From a virus (Duplodnaviria > Caudoviricetes): a stretch of 64,000 nucleotides of DNA. A model generated the notes under the pieces. The model did no database searches, was not told the origin of the DNA, and saw only the letters and a list, made by a program, of their open reading frames with translations. Of the stretch, positions 1-9,995 are shown piece by piece. Numbering within the stretch: position 1 is the stretch's first letter; every line of letters begins with the position of its first letter. Location of the stretch: the IMG/VR virus record IMGVR_UViG_3300017700_000931, positions 192,001-256,000 of that record. One strand, given 5' to 3'. The position numbers and the translations under genes are program-made.

Positions 1-2
1 TT

Positions 3-335
3 TCTGGATTTATAGAACAATTTAGTATTACACCAGAGCAACAATTAGCCTATATGCAAAAGTATAAAGCTAATTATTACATCGCATTAGAAAATAATGT
101 ACCAGTTGGTTGGGTTGGCGTAATTGATGATGATATTAGAGTATGTACGGACCCTGAATATAAAGGTAAGGGTGTTGGTAAATTTATGATTAATGAAGTC
201 ATGAAATTGCACCCAACTGCATTCGCAAAAGTATTATTGGATAACGAGGCAAGTAAAAATTTATTTATTTCTTGTGGTTTTAAACAATTCTCAGAGGATA
301 AAAACTTTATTTATTATAGAAATTATGGAGTATAA
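3..335 (+). CDS. GNAT-family N-acetyltransferase (5'-truncated at window edge)
   Basis: Acetyl-CoA-binding motif CTDPEYKGKGVGK and NEASKNLF-x-x-CGF; frame is open from position 3 to the ATG at 54. Confidence 0.75.
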   Translation, partial: SGFIEQFSITPEQQLAYMQKYKANYYIALENNVPVGWVGVIDDDIRVCTDPEYKGKGVGKFMINEVMKLHPTAFAKVLLDNEASKNLFISCGFKQFSEDKNFIYYRNYGV

Positions 336-993
336 CAAACCAAAACACAATCCTTACAAAATAGTAAAAATGTTTGAAGAGGAAGTAGCAGAGTATACCG
401 GAGCACCTTATGCAGTATCAATTGATAGTTGCACTAATGCGTTATTCCTATGTCTTGAATATCAAAAACATTTATTAAAAGAAAAAGGTCTTTGGGATGA
501 TTTCAAAAAAGAAGTAACCCTACCATCAAAAACTTATTTATCGGTACCACAATCAATAATACATTCAGGTTTCGAACCAATTTTCGATACCACAATTAAT
601 GATTGGAAAGGTTTATATCAATTAAAACCATTTCCTATTTTCGATTCAGCCAAAAGATTTACTTCTGGAATGTATGAGGCCGGAACATTTATGTGCCTAT
701 CTTTTCACATTAAAAAACATTTAAAAATTGGTAAGGGTGGAATGATTCTTTGTGATAATTTAGATGCTGTCGAATGGTTTAAAACCGCAAGATATGAGGG
801 AAGAAGCGAAAAATTATATCATGAAGATGATATCCATATGTTAGGGTGGAACATGTATATGACACCTCAAGAGGCCGCACATGGGTTAGCATTAATGCAG
901 AATTACCCAACTAATATGCCGGACCTTGGTGAGAATAATGGTTACAGGGATTTAACTGAATTTACAGTATTTAAAGGTTACAAAAAAATATAA
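325..993 (+). CDS. DegT/DnrJ/EryC1/StrS-family PLP-dependent sugar aminotransferase
   Basis: FEEEVAEYTGAPYAVSIDSCTNAL, FDSAK, CLSFHIKKHLKIGKGGMI (PLP Lys); start reassigned to ATG 325. Confidence 0.85.
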   Translation: MEYNKPKHNPYKIVKMFEEEVAEYTGAPYAVSIDSCTNALFLCLEYQKHLLKEKGLWDDFKKEVTLPSKTYLSVPQSIIHSGFEPIFDTTINDWKGLYQLKPFPIFDSAKRFTSGMYEAGTFMCLSFHIKKHLKIGKGGMILCDNLDAVEWFKTARYEGRSEKLYHEDDIHMLGWNMYMTPQEAAHGLALMQNYPTNMPDLGENNGYRDLTEFTVFKGYKKI

Positions 994-1817
994 TGAAAAT
1001 TGCATTATGTTTATATGGTTATTATAATAACATAGCTGATAATAATGCTGGTGACAAGGGCTTTGAATATATTCAAAAGCAAATCATGAAAACATCTGGT
1101 GATATTGATGTTTTCATTCATTCTTGGGATACTAAAAACCAAGATAAAATCCTGAATAAATATTCACCTAAAAAATACTTAATTGAGCCACAAATAGATT
1201 TTCATTCATTAGCCACCAGTGCTGGTATTGATGAAGCAAAAATTAACACTGGTTTCAATAGGGATAGGACAATATACAAACAATGTACAGTTAACGCTTC
1301 ATTAAGTTTTTTTTATTCTAGGTCCAAATCAATCCAATTTGCCATAGAACATGCGAAGGAAAACAATTTTGTTTATGATTGCGTAATATCATGTCGATTT
1401 GATTTAGGTCAAAGAAGTGGATGGCACACCGGATATAATGTCTCTTTAATGGAATTCGACCCAAATCTTGATATGAATTGTGTTTATTCAGCTATGTGGA
1501 AACAATTAAATGCTGGATATGCTGACCAATGGTTTTTTTCAAATCAATCAAACATGGAAAAATTGAGTACCATGTTTGATTGTACTTTAAAAGATTATTT
1601 TATTATTGGTGGGGAGTATAATAGAACATTACTTAATGGTTGGCCAGATAGTAACGTTTCAAATGAGTTTTCAAATGAAATATTAAATAAAACTGAAGCA
1701 CAACCAATCAAATACCCACAATGGCAAATGATTAATAATCATTTATTACATAAATGGCATTTTATCAAAACTGGGTTATATAACGACTCTAAATTTATTG
1801 GGGAATTAAAATTATGA
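993..1817 (+). CDS. Glycosyltransferase-like protein (MKIALCLxG family)
   Basis: MKIALCLYG start, DVFIHSWD, YDCVISCRFD motifs; coupled within sugar cluster. Confidence 0.5.
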   Translation: MKIALCLYGYYNNIADNNAGDKGFEYIQKQIMKTSGDIDVFIHSWDTKNQDKILNKYSPKKYLIEPQIDFHSLATSAGIDEAKINTGFNRDRTIYKQCTVNASLSFFYSRSKSIQFAIEHAKENNFVYDCVISCRFDLGQRSGWHTGYNVSLMEFDPNLDMNCVYSAMWKQLNAGYADQWFFSNQSNMEKLSTMFDCTLKDYFIIGGEYNRTLLNGWPDSNVSNEFSNEILNKTEAQPIKYPQWQMINNHLLHKWHFIKTGLYNDSKFIGELKL

Positions 1818-2395
1818 CAACATTTAGTACACAAAATTATTGGGAAAGTAGATATAAAAATGGTGGGAATTCTGGATGGGGTAGCCATAATGAATCATCA
1901 GTAATATTTAAAAAAGATTATGTAAACAATTTAATACTTGAGTCAGGTGTAAAAACTATGGTGGAATTAGGTTGTGGGGATGGTAATCAATTATCTTATT
2001 TTGAAAATTATGAATCTTATATTGGTTATGACATAAGCAATGATATTATAACTAAATGTGTTAAAAAATTTAGTGGGGATAATACAAAATCGTTTACTAG
2101 TGATATTACTAGCCTAACCAAAAATGTTGATAAATATGATATTGCATTAAGTTTAGATGTCGTTTATCATTTAGTAGAGGATGATGTTTATGAGTCCTAT
2201 ATGCATGTATTATTTGGGTTATCTGACAATATTTGTATTTTTGGTACGGATAATGAAAATGTGGTTTCAGCTACGCATGTTAAAAATAGAAAAATTAGTG
2301 AATTTATTACTAAATACTACCCAAATTATAAACTATGTGATACCAAACCATTTAATGAGAACGTTGGTTTTTATTTTTATAAAAAAGATGTATGA
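1814..2395 (+). CDS. Class I SAM-dependent methyltransferase
   Basis: YWESRYKNGGNSGWGS; VELGCGDGNQ motif I; YIGYDIS; LSLDVVYHL. Confidence 0.85.
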   Translation: MTTFSTQNYWESRYKNGGNSGWGSHNESSVIFKKDYVNNLILESGVKTMVELGCGDGNQLSYFENYESYIGYDISNDIITKCVKKFSGDNTKSFTSDITSLTKNVDKYDIALSLDVVYHLVEDDVYESYMHVLFGLSDNICIFGTDNENVVSATHVKNRKISEFITKYYPNYKLCDTKPFNENVGFYFYKKDV

Positions 2396-3108
2396 AACCA
2401 GCAATAATCGTATACACCCATACAGATGTTTCGGATGTATGGTCCCCATTTTTCGGTCAAACGTCTGAGTATTTAAGTGACTTTAAAAAGTATATTTTCA
2501 TTAATAGTAATTCTGATTTAATACCGAATGATTATATTACGTGTGTGTATGATGATAATGAGGTATATCGAAAAAGATTTCTATCTTGTTTGAGGCAAAT
2601 AGATGATGAATATGTCATCATCCATCATGAGGATATGTTTTTGTACGATAAGCCAGATATCGATAGATTAATTAATTATAAAAATAGATTGACAAATCAA
2701 TATTCATTCATTAAATTAATAAGGGGTGGAAATGGTGAAGGACAATCAGATGAAGTTTATCCTGAATTGAAAAAAATTGATAAATCATTTGATTACATAT
2801 TTGCCATACAACCCACTATTTGGAAAACTGATAAACTCATCGAATTACTTGAATATAGTGGTGGTGATTCTATTTGGGAATTCGAAATAGCAGCACAGAA
2901 GACTTGTAAAGATAGAAATATTTTAGGATATTATGTTGATGATGGTGGCATTAAACGTGGTAGATTACATTGGGATTCTAAAGTTTATCCATACATAGCT
3001 ACGGCTGTGGTTAAAGGTAAATGGAATACCAAAGAATACAAAATAGAGCTTGAAAAAATCAGTCAGAAGTATAATATTGATTTTAAGATAAGAGGAACAA
3101 ATGATTAA
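2392..3108 (+). CDS. Glycosyltransferase-like (GT-A) protein
   Basis: YVIIHHEDMFL DxD-like region, QPTIWK, SIWEFE, VVKGKW; cluster context. Confidence 0.45.
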   Translation: MKPAIIVYTHTDVSDVWSPFFGQTSEYLSDFKKYIFINSNSDLIPNDYITCVYDDNEVYRKRFLSCLRQIDDEYVIIHHEDMFLYDKPDIDRLINYKNRLTNQYSFIKLIRGGNGEGQSDEVYPELKKIDKSFDYIFAIQPTIWKTDKLIELLEYSGGDSIWEFEIAAQKTCKDRNILGYYVDDGGIKRGRLHWDSKVYPYIATAVVKGKWNTKEYKIELEKISQKYNIDFKIRGTND

Positions 3109-4471
3109 ATTAATCGTATTCGATTTAGATGGGGTGTTAGTTGATGCAAAAGAAATACATTATGAATCACTTAACATGGCTTTAAGTGAAATGAATCCCA
3201 ATTACGTTATTTCTAGAGAAGACCATATTACAAAATATGACGGATTACCCACCAATGTAAAATTAAATTTACTGTCTGACGATAAAGGATTACCAAGAAA
3301 TTCACATGCTGATATATGGCGACGTAAACAAGAGTTAACCTCATCAGTAATCAAAGATAAATTACATTATGATGAAAGATTGAGAGGTGTATTAAAACAT
3401 CTCAAAGATGATGGTTTCAAAATCTATGTGTGCTCAAATTCAATTCGTGAAAGTCTTAAATTAATGCTCTATAAAACCGGATTAATGGAGTTTGTGGATT
3501 ATTTTATTGCTAACGATGACGTAAAACAACCAAAACCTAGTCCTGAAATATATTTGAAAGCAATTATTCATGCCGGAGTTAAACCTAGTGAAACATTAAT
3601 CGTTGAAGACAGTTACCATGGCCGTCAAGCAGCAATTGATTCTGGTGGTAATTTATTTGGTGTTGAATCACCAAATGACGTTACATATGAATCATTAAAA
3701 AATCAAATAAACAAGGTTAGTGATGGTTTAGTTAGTGGAGCCAAATGGTCCGGTGATGATTTTAATATCCTAATACCAATGGCTGGTGCTGGGTCAAGGT
3801 TTGCAAATGCTGGATACACATTCCCAAAACCACTAATTGAAGTTGGTCATAAACCAATGATACAAGTGGTTGTTGAAAATTTAAACATAAATGCCAACTA
3901 CATTTATTTGGTTCAGAAAGAACATTATGAAAAGTATAATTTAAAATATTTGCTAAACCTTATTACACCAAACTGTAAAATAGTGCAGGTTGATGGTGTT
4001 ACTGAAGGGGCTGCATGTACAACATTATTAGCGAAAGAATTTATCGACAATGATAAGCATTTATTAATTGCTAATTCGGACCAATTTGTTGAATGGGATA
4101 GTAATAATTTTTATTATTCAACTGTTGGGGATAAGATAGATGGCTCTATTTTAACCTTCGAATCCACTCACCCAAAATGGAGTTTTGTGAGATTAAATGA
4201 AGAAGGTAATGTTATTGAATTAGCCGAAAAAAAACCAATAAGTAATATTGCAACAGTTGGTATATATTGCTGGACTAAGGGTTCTGATTACGTAAAATAC
4301 GCTGAACAGATGATAGAAAAAAATATTAGAGTTAATAATGAATTCTATGTTGCTCCGGTTTATAATGAAGCAATCGCTGACGGTAAAAAAATAAAAACAT
4401 ATAATATTGAAAAAATGTGGGGCTTAGGAACACCGGAGGATTTAAACCATTTTATTGAAAATTTTAAATAA
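3101..4471 (+). CDS. HAD phosphatase fused to sugar nucleotidyltransferase
   Basis: N-term FDLDGVLVD, KPSPEIY, VEDS; C-term IPMAGAGSRF..PKPLI, ANSDQ, LAEKKPIS, WGLGTPEDL. Confidence 0.85.
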   Translation: MIKLIVFDLDGVLVDAKEIHYESLNMALSEMNPNYVISREDHITKYDGLPTNVKLNLLSDDKGLPRNSHADIWRRKQELTSSVIKDKLHYDERLRGVLKHLKDDGFKIYVCSNSIRESLKLMLYKTGLMEFVDYFIANDDVKQPKPSPEIYLKAIIHAGVKPSETLIVEDSYHGRQAAIDSGGNLFGVESPNDVTYESLKNQINKVSDGLVSGAKWSGDDFNILIPMAGAGSRFANAGYTFPKPLIEVGHKPMIQVVVENLNINANYIYLVQKEHYEKYNLKYLLNLITPNCKIVQVDGVTEGAACTTLLAKEFIDNDKHLLIANSDQFVEWDSNNFYYSTVGDKIDGSILTFESTHPKWSFVRLNEEGNVIELAEKKPISNIATVGIYCWTKGSDYVKYAEQMIEKNIRVNNEFYVAPVYNEAIADGKKIKTYNIEKMWGLGTPEDLNHFIENFK

Positions 4472-5148
4472 TGGATAAGAATAACAAATATACACGAATG
4501 CAAGAATCATTTTATTCAACTGGAACATCGAACCATGCTGAACATAATGACAATAAAGACTATTGGGATATTCTTCTCGGTGGATTAAATAATCTTGATT
4601 TGACTAATTCAGTTGCCTTGGATTTTGGATGTGGAAAAGGTAGAAATATTACGAATTTAATCAATACAACAAATTTCAAAAGGGTTGATGGGGTTGATGT
4701 TAGTCAAGCTAATATTTCACACTGTAATACCATATTGAAAGATTCTAAATTATACAAAAATAATGGTGTTGATTTATCAGGAATAGAATCAGATGTTTAT
4801 GATTTCGTAATGTCCACAATAGTTCTACAACACATCCCTGTATATGATATTAGGTTTTCAATATTAAAAGAAATATACCGAGTGATGAAGGCTGGTGGTG
4901 AATTTAGATTTCAAATGGGGTATGGTGATGACTTAATCAACCCAAACGGTAACAATCGGATTCCATACCACGACAATCATTATGATGCAAAAGGCACCAA
5001 CGGTGTCTTGGATGTTAGAATTACTAACGTTGATGACATAAAAAATGATTTGGAAAAAATTGGTTTTCAAATTAAAACTATTGATATCAAAGAATCATTC
5101 TCAGATAAAGGCCATCCAAAATGGATTTACATAACTTGCTTAAAATGA
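4471..5148 (+). CDS. Class I SAM-dependent methyltransferase
   Basis: ALDFGCGKGRN, DGVDVS, YDFVMSTIVLQHI, EIYRVMKAGG. Confidence 0.85.
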   Translation: MDKNNKYTRMQESFYSTGTSNHAEHNDNKDYWDILLGGLNNLDLTNSVALDFGCGKGRNITNLINTTNFKRVDGVDVSQANISHCNTILKDSKLYKNNGVDLSGIESDVYDFVMSTIVLQHIPVYDIRFSILKEIYRVMKAGGEFRFQMGYGDDLINPNGNNRIPYHDNHYDAKGTNGVLDVRITNVDDIKNDLEKIGFQIKTIDIKESFSDKGHPKWIYITCLK

Positions 5149-5462
5149 AAAAAAATATAAAGGATTTTATTAAGGGTTGGTTTATTGGTGATTTCGAACC
5201 AACGATATTAAAAACAAAGGATTTTGAAGTTGGTATCAAAGAATACGATGCCGGAACCATAGAGGAAAAACATTTCCATAAAGAAGCGGTGGAGTTTACC
5301 ATCGTATTAGATGGTATTATCAGAATGAATGGTATTGAATATTATCGTAACGATATTATTCAGGTTGATAAAAATGAAATTAATCAATTTGAATCAATAA
5401 CCACTTCTAGATTACTAGTGATAAAAACACCCTCAGTAAATAATGACAAATATATCGTATGA
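5145..5462 (+). CDS. Cupin-fold protein
   Basis: KGWFIGDFEP, HFHKEAVEFTIV cupin motif; ATGA-coupled start at 5145. Confidence 0.7.
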   Translation: MKKNIKDFIKGWFIGDFEPTILKTKDFEVGIKEYDAGTIEEKHFHKEAVEFTIVLDGIIRMNGIEYYRNDIIQVDKNEINQFESITTSRLLVIKTPSVNNDKYIV

Positions 5463-5911
5463 AATTAATATCACATAGAGGCAATATTTCTGGTAAGATT
5501 GAATCGTTAGAAAATAATCCTGATTATATCGATAAAGCAATTGAAAACGGTTATGATGTTGAGATTGATATATGGTGCATCAATAATGTTTTATATTTGG
5601 GTCATGACAAAGCACAATATGAAATAACAATAGAATGGGTTCGATATAGAATTACTAAATTATGGATTCATTGTAAAAATATTGATGCATTATTATACCT
5701 ACAAAATCATGAAGATGTTGGTCAATACACTAATTACTTTTGGCATCAAAACGATGATATTACATTAACATCTTTTAATATCATCTGGACCTACCCTAAT
5801 AAACAACTATCAAATAATTCAGTTTGTGTACTTCCAGAGTTATACAACCAAGAAGTACCAAATTTCGTTTATGGGGTATGCAGCGATTACATAGCAAATT
5901 ATAAATTATGA
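5459..5911 (+). CDS. Glycerophosphodiester phosphodiesterase-like (PLC-like) protein
   Basis: ISHRGN, EN, GYDVEIDIW, LYLGHD, WIHCKN, GVCSDY. Confidence 0.75.
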   Translation: MKLISHRGNISGKIESLENNPDYIDKAIENGYDVEIDIWCINNVLYLGHDKAQYEITIEWVRYRITKLWIHCKNIDALLYLQNHEDVGQYTNYFWHQNDDITLTSFNIIWTYPNKQLSNNSVCVLPELYNQEVPNFVYGVCSDYIANYKL

Positions 5912-6912
5912 TACTATTAACATACGGAACTAGACCGGAGTACATTAAAATTAAACCATTAATCGATGAAATGTCATTGAGAAATATGAAATTTAAAACA
6001 TTATTCACTGGACAACATAAAGATATTGTGAATAAAAACGCTGACTTCAATTTAAATGTTATTGATTACGATGGTAATAGATTAGATTCAATATTAAAAA
6101 ATTGCTTGAGTATTCCAGAAGATTGGTTTAATGGTATCACTTATATTCTGGTTCAAGGTGACACAACATCTGTGGTTGGTTTGTCACTGGCTGCATTACA
6201 TAGAAAGATAAAAATAATTCATTTAGAAGCTGGTTTGAGGTCCGGTGATGTTGAGAACCCATTTCCAGAAGAAAATAATCGTAAAATAGTTTCTAGTATC
6301 GCATCCATCCACCTGTGCCCAACTGAAAATAATTTAACTAACTTAACACTTGAAAATATTTTTGATGGTGTCCATGTGGTTGGTAATACAGTGTTGGACA
6401 ATTTAAAAGATTATAAAAAATATTGTGAATATACAAATAGTGTTTTAATCACTATGCACCGAAGGGAGAATCATGAATTGATGGGTCAATGGTTTGAAAA
6501 AATCAATGACTTAGCAATTAAATACCCGGACTTAGAATTCATTTTACCAATTCATCCAAATCCAAACGTAAATAAACACAAAGATAGACTGACAAACGTT
6601 AATGTTATAGAACCATTATCACATGAAACCTTGATTAATTCATTAATTAAAAGTAAATTGGTAATTACTGATAGCGGTGGTATTCAAGAAGAGTGTTCTT
6701 TCTTTAATAAAAAAGCACTGGTTTGTAGGAAAGTTACTGAAAGACCAGAGTCGGTTGGGTTGAGTAGTTTCTTGGTTGATACTCCAGATAATTTAATTAG
6801 TATTTTTGACCAACACATAAATGATTATGCAATAGATATTGTATCACCATACGGTGATGGTATGGCAGCTAATCACATTTGCAATATTTTTGAAACATAT
6901 GGAATTTATTAA
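5908..6912 (+). CDS. wecB: UDP-N-acetylglucosamine 2-epimerase (non-hydrolysing)
   Basis: GTRPEYIK, TGQH, QGDTTS, HLEAGLRS, PFPEENNR, HRREN, TDSGGIQEE, TERPE, PYGDG. Confidence 0.92.
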   Translation: MILLTYGTRPEYIKIKPLIDEMSLRNMKFKTLFTGQHKDIVNKNADFNLNVIDYDGNRLDSILKNCLSIPEDWFNGITYILVQGDTTSVVGLSLAALHRKIKIIHLEAGLRSGDVENPFPEENNRKIVSSIASIHLCPTENNLTNLTLENIFDGVHVVGNTVLDNLKDYKKYCEYTNSVLITMHRRENHELMGQWFEKINDLAIKYPDLEFILPIHPNPNVNKHKDRLTNVNVIEPLSHETLINSLIKSKLVITDSGGIQEECSFFNKKALVCRKVTERPESVGLSSFLVDTPDNLISIFDQHINDYAIDIVSPYGDGMAANHICNIFETYGIY

Positions 6913-7750
6913 TTGGGTTAAAAGAAAGATGGCACAATTCGCATTGGCCACGGCCACTGTTGAAAAACAATCATTCACTCAGAACAAAGAAGATTCATTA
7001 CCATCTATCGGTCAAATCCAGAGCCATAAACAAGGTATGTTATCCGATGCGCTTATGCGTGGTGAATTGACCCAAGAAGTCAAAGACTTGAGATGGAGAA
7101 CTTATAAGATTATGAATGCTAGTTCTAATCTTAAACTAGTCTTTGATGGTTATGATGAAAATGGAGAAATGATAAACCCAAGAGCTCAGCGTAAATCTAT
7201 TAATCTAAATGAGGTTAATTTAGATACCCACGATAACTATGAACCACTTTTGGTATTATATAATCAAGAAAGCACTGTTAGTATTGTTGAAGCGGTAGAT
7301 ACCCCTGAATTTATTAAACCCGAAAAACCATTAAATGTTATTAGAGACATAAGGCCAAGATTAGAAATAGAAGAATACACAAAAAAAATGGCTGTCAGAA
7401 AAATTGATGATAATAATGTTCTTTTAGAATTTTATATTTCAAAATATCCAGACGTAGAAAATAAAAAAAGTGTATTTTTGTTAAGTGAATTGAAAAAATC
7501 GGTAGCTAATCCTAAAAGCAGTGATTTATTAGATATTAAAGGGGTGAGTTTCACTAGTTTAAATACTATTGGTGTTGACGATTATGGATTATATCATTAT
7601 GATATAACTGGCTTTGACAAAATTGTTGAACATAAACAATATTATGTAGTCAAATTTAAGGCTAGTGTAGTTATTGGTGGTGAAAATATTTTTGATAAAT
7701 TCAGAGAAACCGATTTGGATGAAAAATATAAAAATAAGGAGAGAAAATAA
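6899..7750 (+). CDS. Hypothetical phage protein
   Basis: Long ORF coupled to neighbours; start ATG 6899 preferred over 6839. Confidence 0.7.
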   Translation: MEFINWVKRKMAQFALATATVEKQSFTQNKEDSLPSIGQIQSHKQGMLSDALMRGELTQEVKDLRWRTYKIMNASSNLKLVFDGYDENGEMINPRAQRKSINLNEVNLDTHDNYEPLLVLYNQESTVSIVEAVDTPEFIKPEKPLNVIRDIRPRLEIEEYTKKMAVRKIDDNNVLLEFYISKYPDVENKKSVFLLSELKKSVANPKSSDLLDIKGVSFTSLNTIGVDDYGLYHYDITGFDKIVEHKQYYVVKFKASVVIGGENIFDKFRETDLDEKYKNKERK

Positions 7751-8118
7751 TGGGAAAGATTAAACAAGTATTGATAGTTAGAAAAGATTTGAACATGAGA
7801 CGTGGTAAAGAAGATGCCCAATGTTCTCATGCATCACAAGCATTTATGGTTCCAGTATATTTAAATGGTGGAAAACCTACTAAGGATGCCGTAGAGTGGT
7901 TTAATTCTGGCCAAACAAAAATAACTGTTTCGGTAGATTCAGAAGAAAAATTATTGGATATTTTTAAACAAGCCAAATCCATGGGTCTTGAGACTCATAT
8001 AATTACGGATGCCGGACATACAGAATTCAATGGAGTACCAACCAAAACAGTCGTAGCGATAGGGCCAAATGATGCCTCAAAAATTGACACCATAACTGGT
8101 GGTTTACCACTTAGGTAA
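7750..8118 (+). CDS. pth2: Peptidyl-tRNA hydrolase, Pth2 type
   Basis: KQVLIVRKDLNM, GKxxAQCSHAS, WFNSGQTKITV, ITDAGHTEF, TVVAIGP, IDTITGGLPL. Confidence 0.9.
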   Translation: MGKIKQVLIVRKDLNMRRGKEDAQCSHASQAFMVPVYLNGGKPTKDAVEWFNSGQTKITVSVDSEEKLLDIFKQAKSMGLETHIITDAGHTEFNGVPTKTVVAIGPNDASKIDTITGGLPLR

Positions 8119-8141
8119 GATATTTATATGTAAAAACATAT

Positions 8142-8975
8142 ATGGCTAAAAGGCAAGAAAGACAAGTAATAAAAAAACCAGAAACTAATACAGTTGAAAA
8201 TATATTACCAGTCAAATATCGGTTAAAATGTAAAAATCATAACCAAAAAGATTTCGCCAATCTAATTGCAGAAAAAGAAATAGTCATTGCTTCCGGCCCA
8301 GCTGGTGTCGGTAAATCTTATGTAGCTGTGGCTGTCGCCATAGAACTATTGCAAGACAAAACAAATTCATATAAAAAAATTCTAATATCAACTCCGGCAG
8401 AAGAGGCTGGGGAAAGTCTTGGTTACCTTCCGGGTAACCTACGTGAAAAAATGGAACCATATTTGGCATCCACTTTAAGTATTTTTGACAAAATCATTGG
8501 AAAAAATAAAAGATTATTATTAGAAGAATCAGAAATCATTCAAATCCAACCATTAGGTTTTATTAGGGGTGAATCTATCGATAATACCATATTTTTGATG
8601 GAGGAAGCTCAAAATATGACCCCTGCCCAAATGAAAACTCTACTTACTAGGATTGGGGAGAATTCTAAATTTATAATCTCTGGGGACCTTGACCAATCAG
8701 ATAGATTTAAACGAATTGAACAAACCGGATTATACGATGCGCTTAACCGACATAAAAATGTTGAGGCAATCGGTTTCATAGAATTTAGCACAAAAGATAT
8801 TGTAAGGAATCCATTAATTTCAAAAATCCTTGACAATTACAAAAACGATGATACAATTGGTAAAGTAAATGTTACCAAAGATTTTTCGAAAGCTAAATCA
8901 ATAGTGAAAGAAGAGCCAAAATCTAATACTTTTAATAAGGTTAAAACTTGGTTTGTAAAAAACTTTAAATGGTAG
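8142..8975 (+). CDS. phoH: PhoH-family ATPase
   Basis: GPAGVGKS, GYLPG, IRGESI, EEAQN, LLTRIGENSK, GDLDQSD, DIVRNPLI. Confidence 0.92.
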   Translation: MAKRQERQVIKKPETNTVENILPVKYRLKCKNHNQKDFANLIAEKEIVIASGPAGVGKSYVAVAVAIELLQDKTNSYKKILISTPAEEAGESLGYLPGNLREKMEPYLASTLSIFDKIIGKNKRLLLEESEIIQIQPLGFIRGESIDNTIFLMEEAQNMTPAQMKTLLTRIGENSKFIISGDLDQSDRFKRIEQTGLYDALNRHKNVEAIGFIEFSTKDIVRNPLISKILDNYKNDDTIGKVNVTKDFSKAKSIVKEEPKSNTFNKVKTWFVKNFKW

Positions 8976-9012
8976 CATTTACTTTAAACACGTTTTAAAG
9001 TAAATATGCACT

Positions 9013-9618
9013 ATGAAGATTGGAATTACATTAAATGAAGTCTTAAGAGACTTCATTGGTCAATTATCGTACACTTACGATAAATACATTGAGGTTACTG
9101 GTATTAAAGAAGATGATGTCAAAACTTTTGATTTGATTAAATATTTTCCATTTGATACCACAGATGACTTAAATAATTTTCTTTATTCAGAATCCGCTTT
9201 AGAAATATTTGGTCATGCTGACCAAATGCATGAAAACACCATGAGTATTTTTAATGCATTTTTAATGGATATTGAGGACGAAGAAGAACACGAAATTATT
9301 CTAACTAGTCGTGAAGCCATCAAAAGTATCCCAGCAACAAATTTCTTTTTATCAAAATTAGGTTGTAGAGCGAAACACTGTAAGTGGGTTTCTAATTACG
9401 AGGATAAGTGGGAGTTGGTTGATGTATTAATCACTGCTAATCCAAAGGCTTTAGAATCAAAACCAGTCGGTAAAATTTCAGTAAAAGTTAATGCTTCTTA
9501 CAATAAAGAAGTTAAAGCTGATTATGAAATTGATAGTATTATGGATTTCATAAAAAACGAAGATTTAAGAAATAAAATTTTGAATACTAAAATAACAAAT
9601 TACGAAGAAATTAAATAA
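9013..9618 (+). CDS. 5'(3')-deoxyribonucleotidase-like HAD protein (divergent)
   Basis: KIGITLNEVLRD (degenerate DxD), C-terminal SYNKEV; overall NT5C-like layout. Confidence 0.45.
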   Translation: MKIGITLNEVLRDFIGQLSYTYDKYIEVTGIKEDDVKTFDLIKYFPFDTTDDLNNFLYSESALEIFGHADQMHENTMSIFNAFLMDIEDEEEHEIILTSREAIKSIPATNFFLSKLGCRAKHCKWVSNYEDKWELVDVLITANPKALESKPVGKISVKVNASYNKEVKADYEIDSIMDFIKNEDLRNKILNTKITNYEEIK

Positions 9619-9619
9619 T

Positions 9620-9976
9620 ATGATTAAAATTGGAGGAGTGTCTTTCTACATAAATTTTGAAGGATTAGATGCATTAATATCATCAGATAAAAGTTTAGAA
9701 GCACAAGAAGTGTCTGAAACATCAACCAAAGAGTTGTTCGATGAATCAGGAAAGACTGTAAACAAAGAAATTACAGTACGAAAGTATCCTAAAGGTAAAG
9801 AAATTGATGGGGCTAGGTATGATTGTTTAGGTTCTTTATTAGAAATTATTCTAAATGGAGAAGCAGAAATTGATGATAGCCTTGGTATTGATAGAGCATT
9901 AAATGCGATGCCTTTAAACTGGAAAATCGCTTTCAACACATTAACAAAATACGAGATATTAAAATCCGTAAAATAA
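9620..9976 (+). CDS. Hypothetical protein
   Basis: ORF in operon. Confidence 0.65.
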   Translation: MIKIGGVSFYINFEGLDALISSDKSLEAQEVSETSTKELFDESGKTVNKEITVRKYPKGKEIDGARYDCLGSLLEIILNGEAEIDDSLGIDRALNAMPLNWKIAFNTLTKYEILKSVK

Positions 9977-9995
9977 TAAAATAAATAGTTTCAAA

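Noticed and set aside
8977-9005. 12-bp AT-rich inverted repeat between phoH and the next gene
   Set aside because: No U-tail and very low stability; could be an operator or promoter palindrome, but there is no second copy to support that
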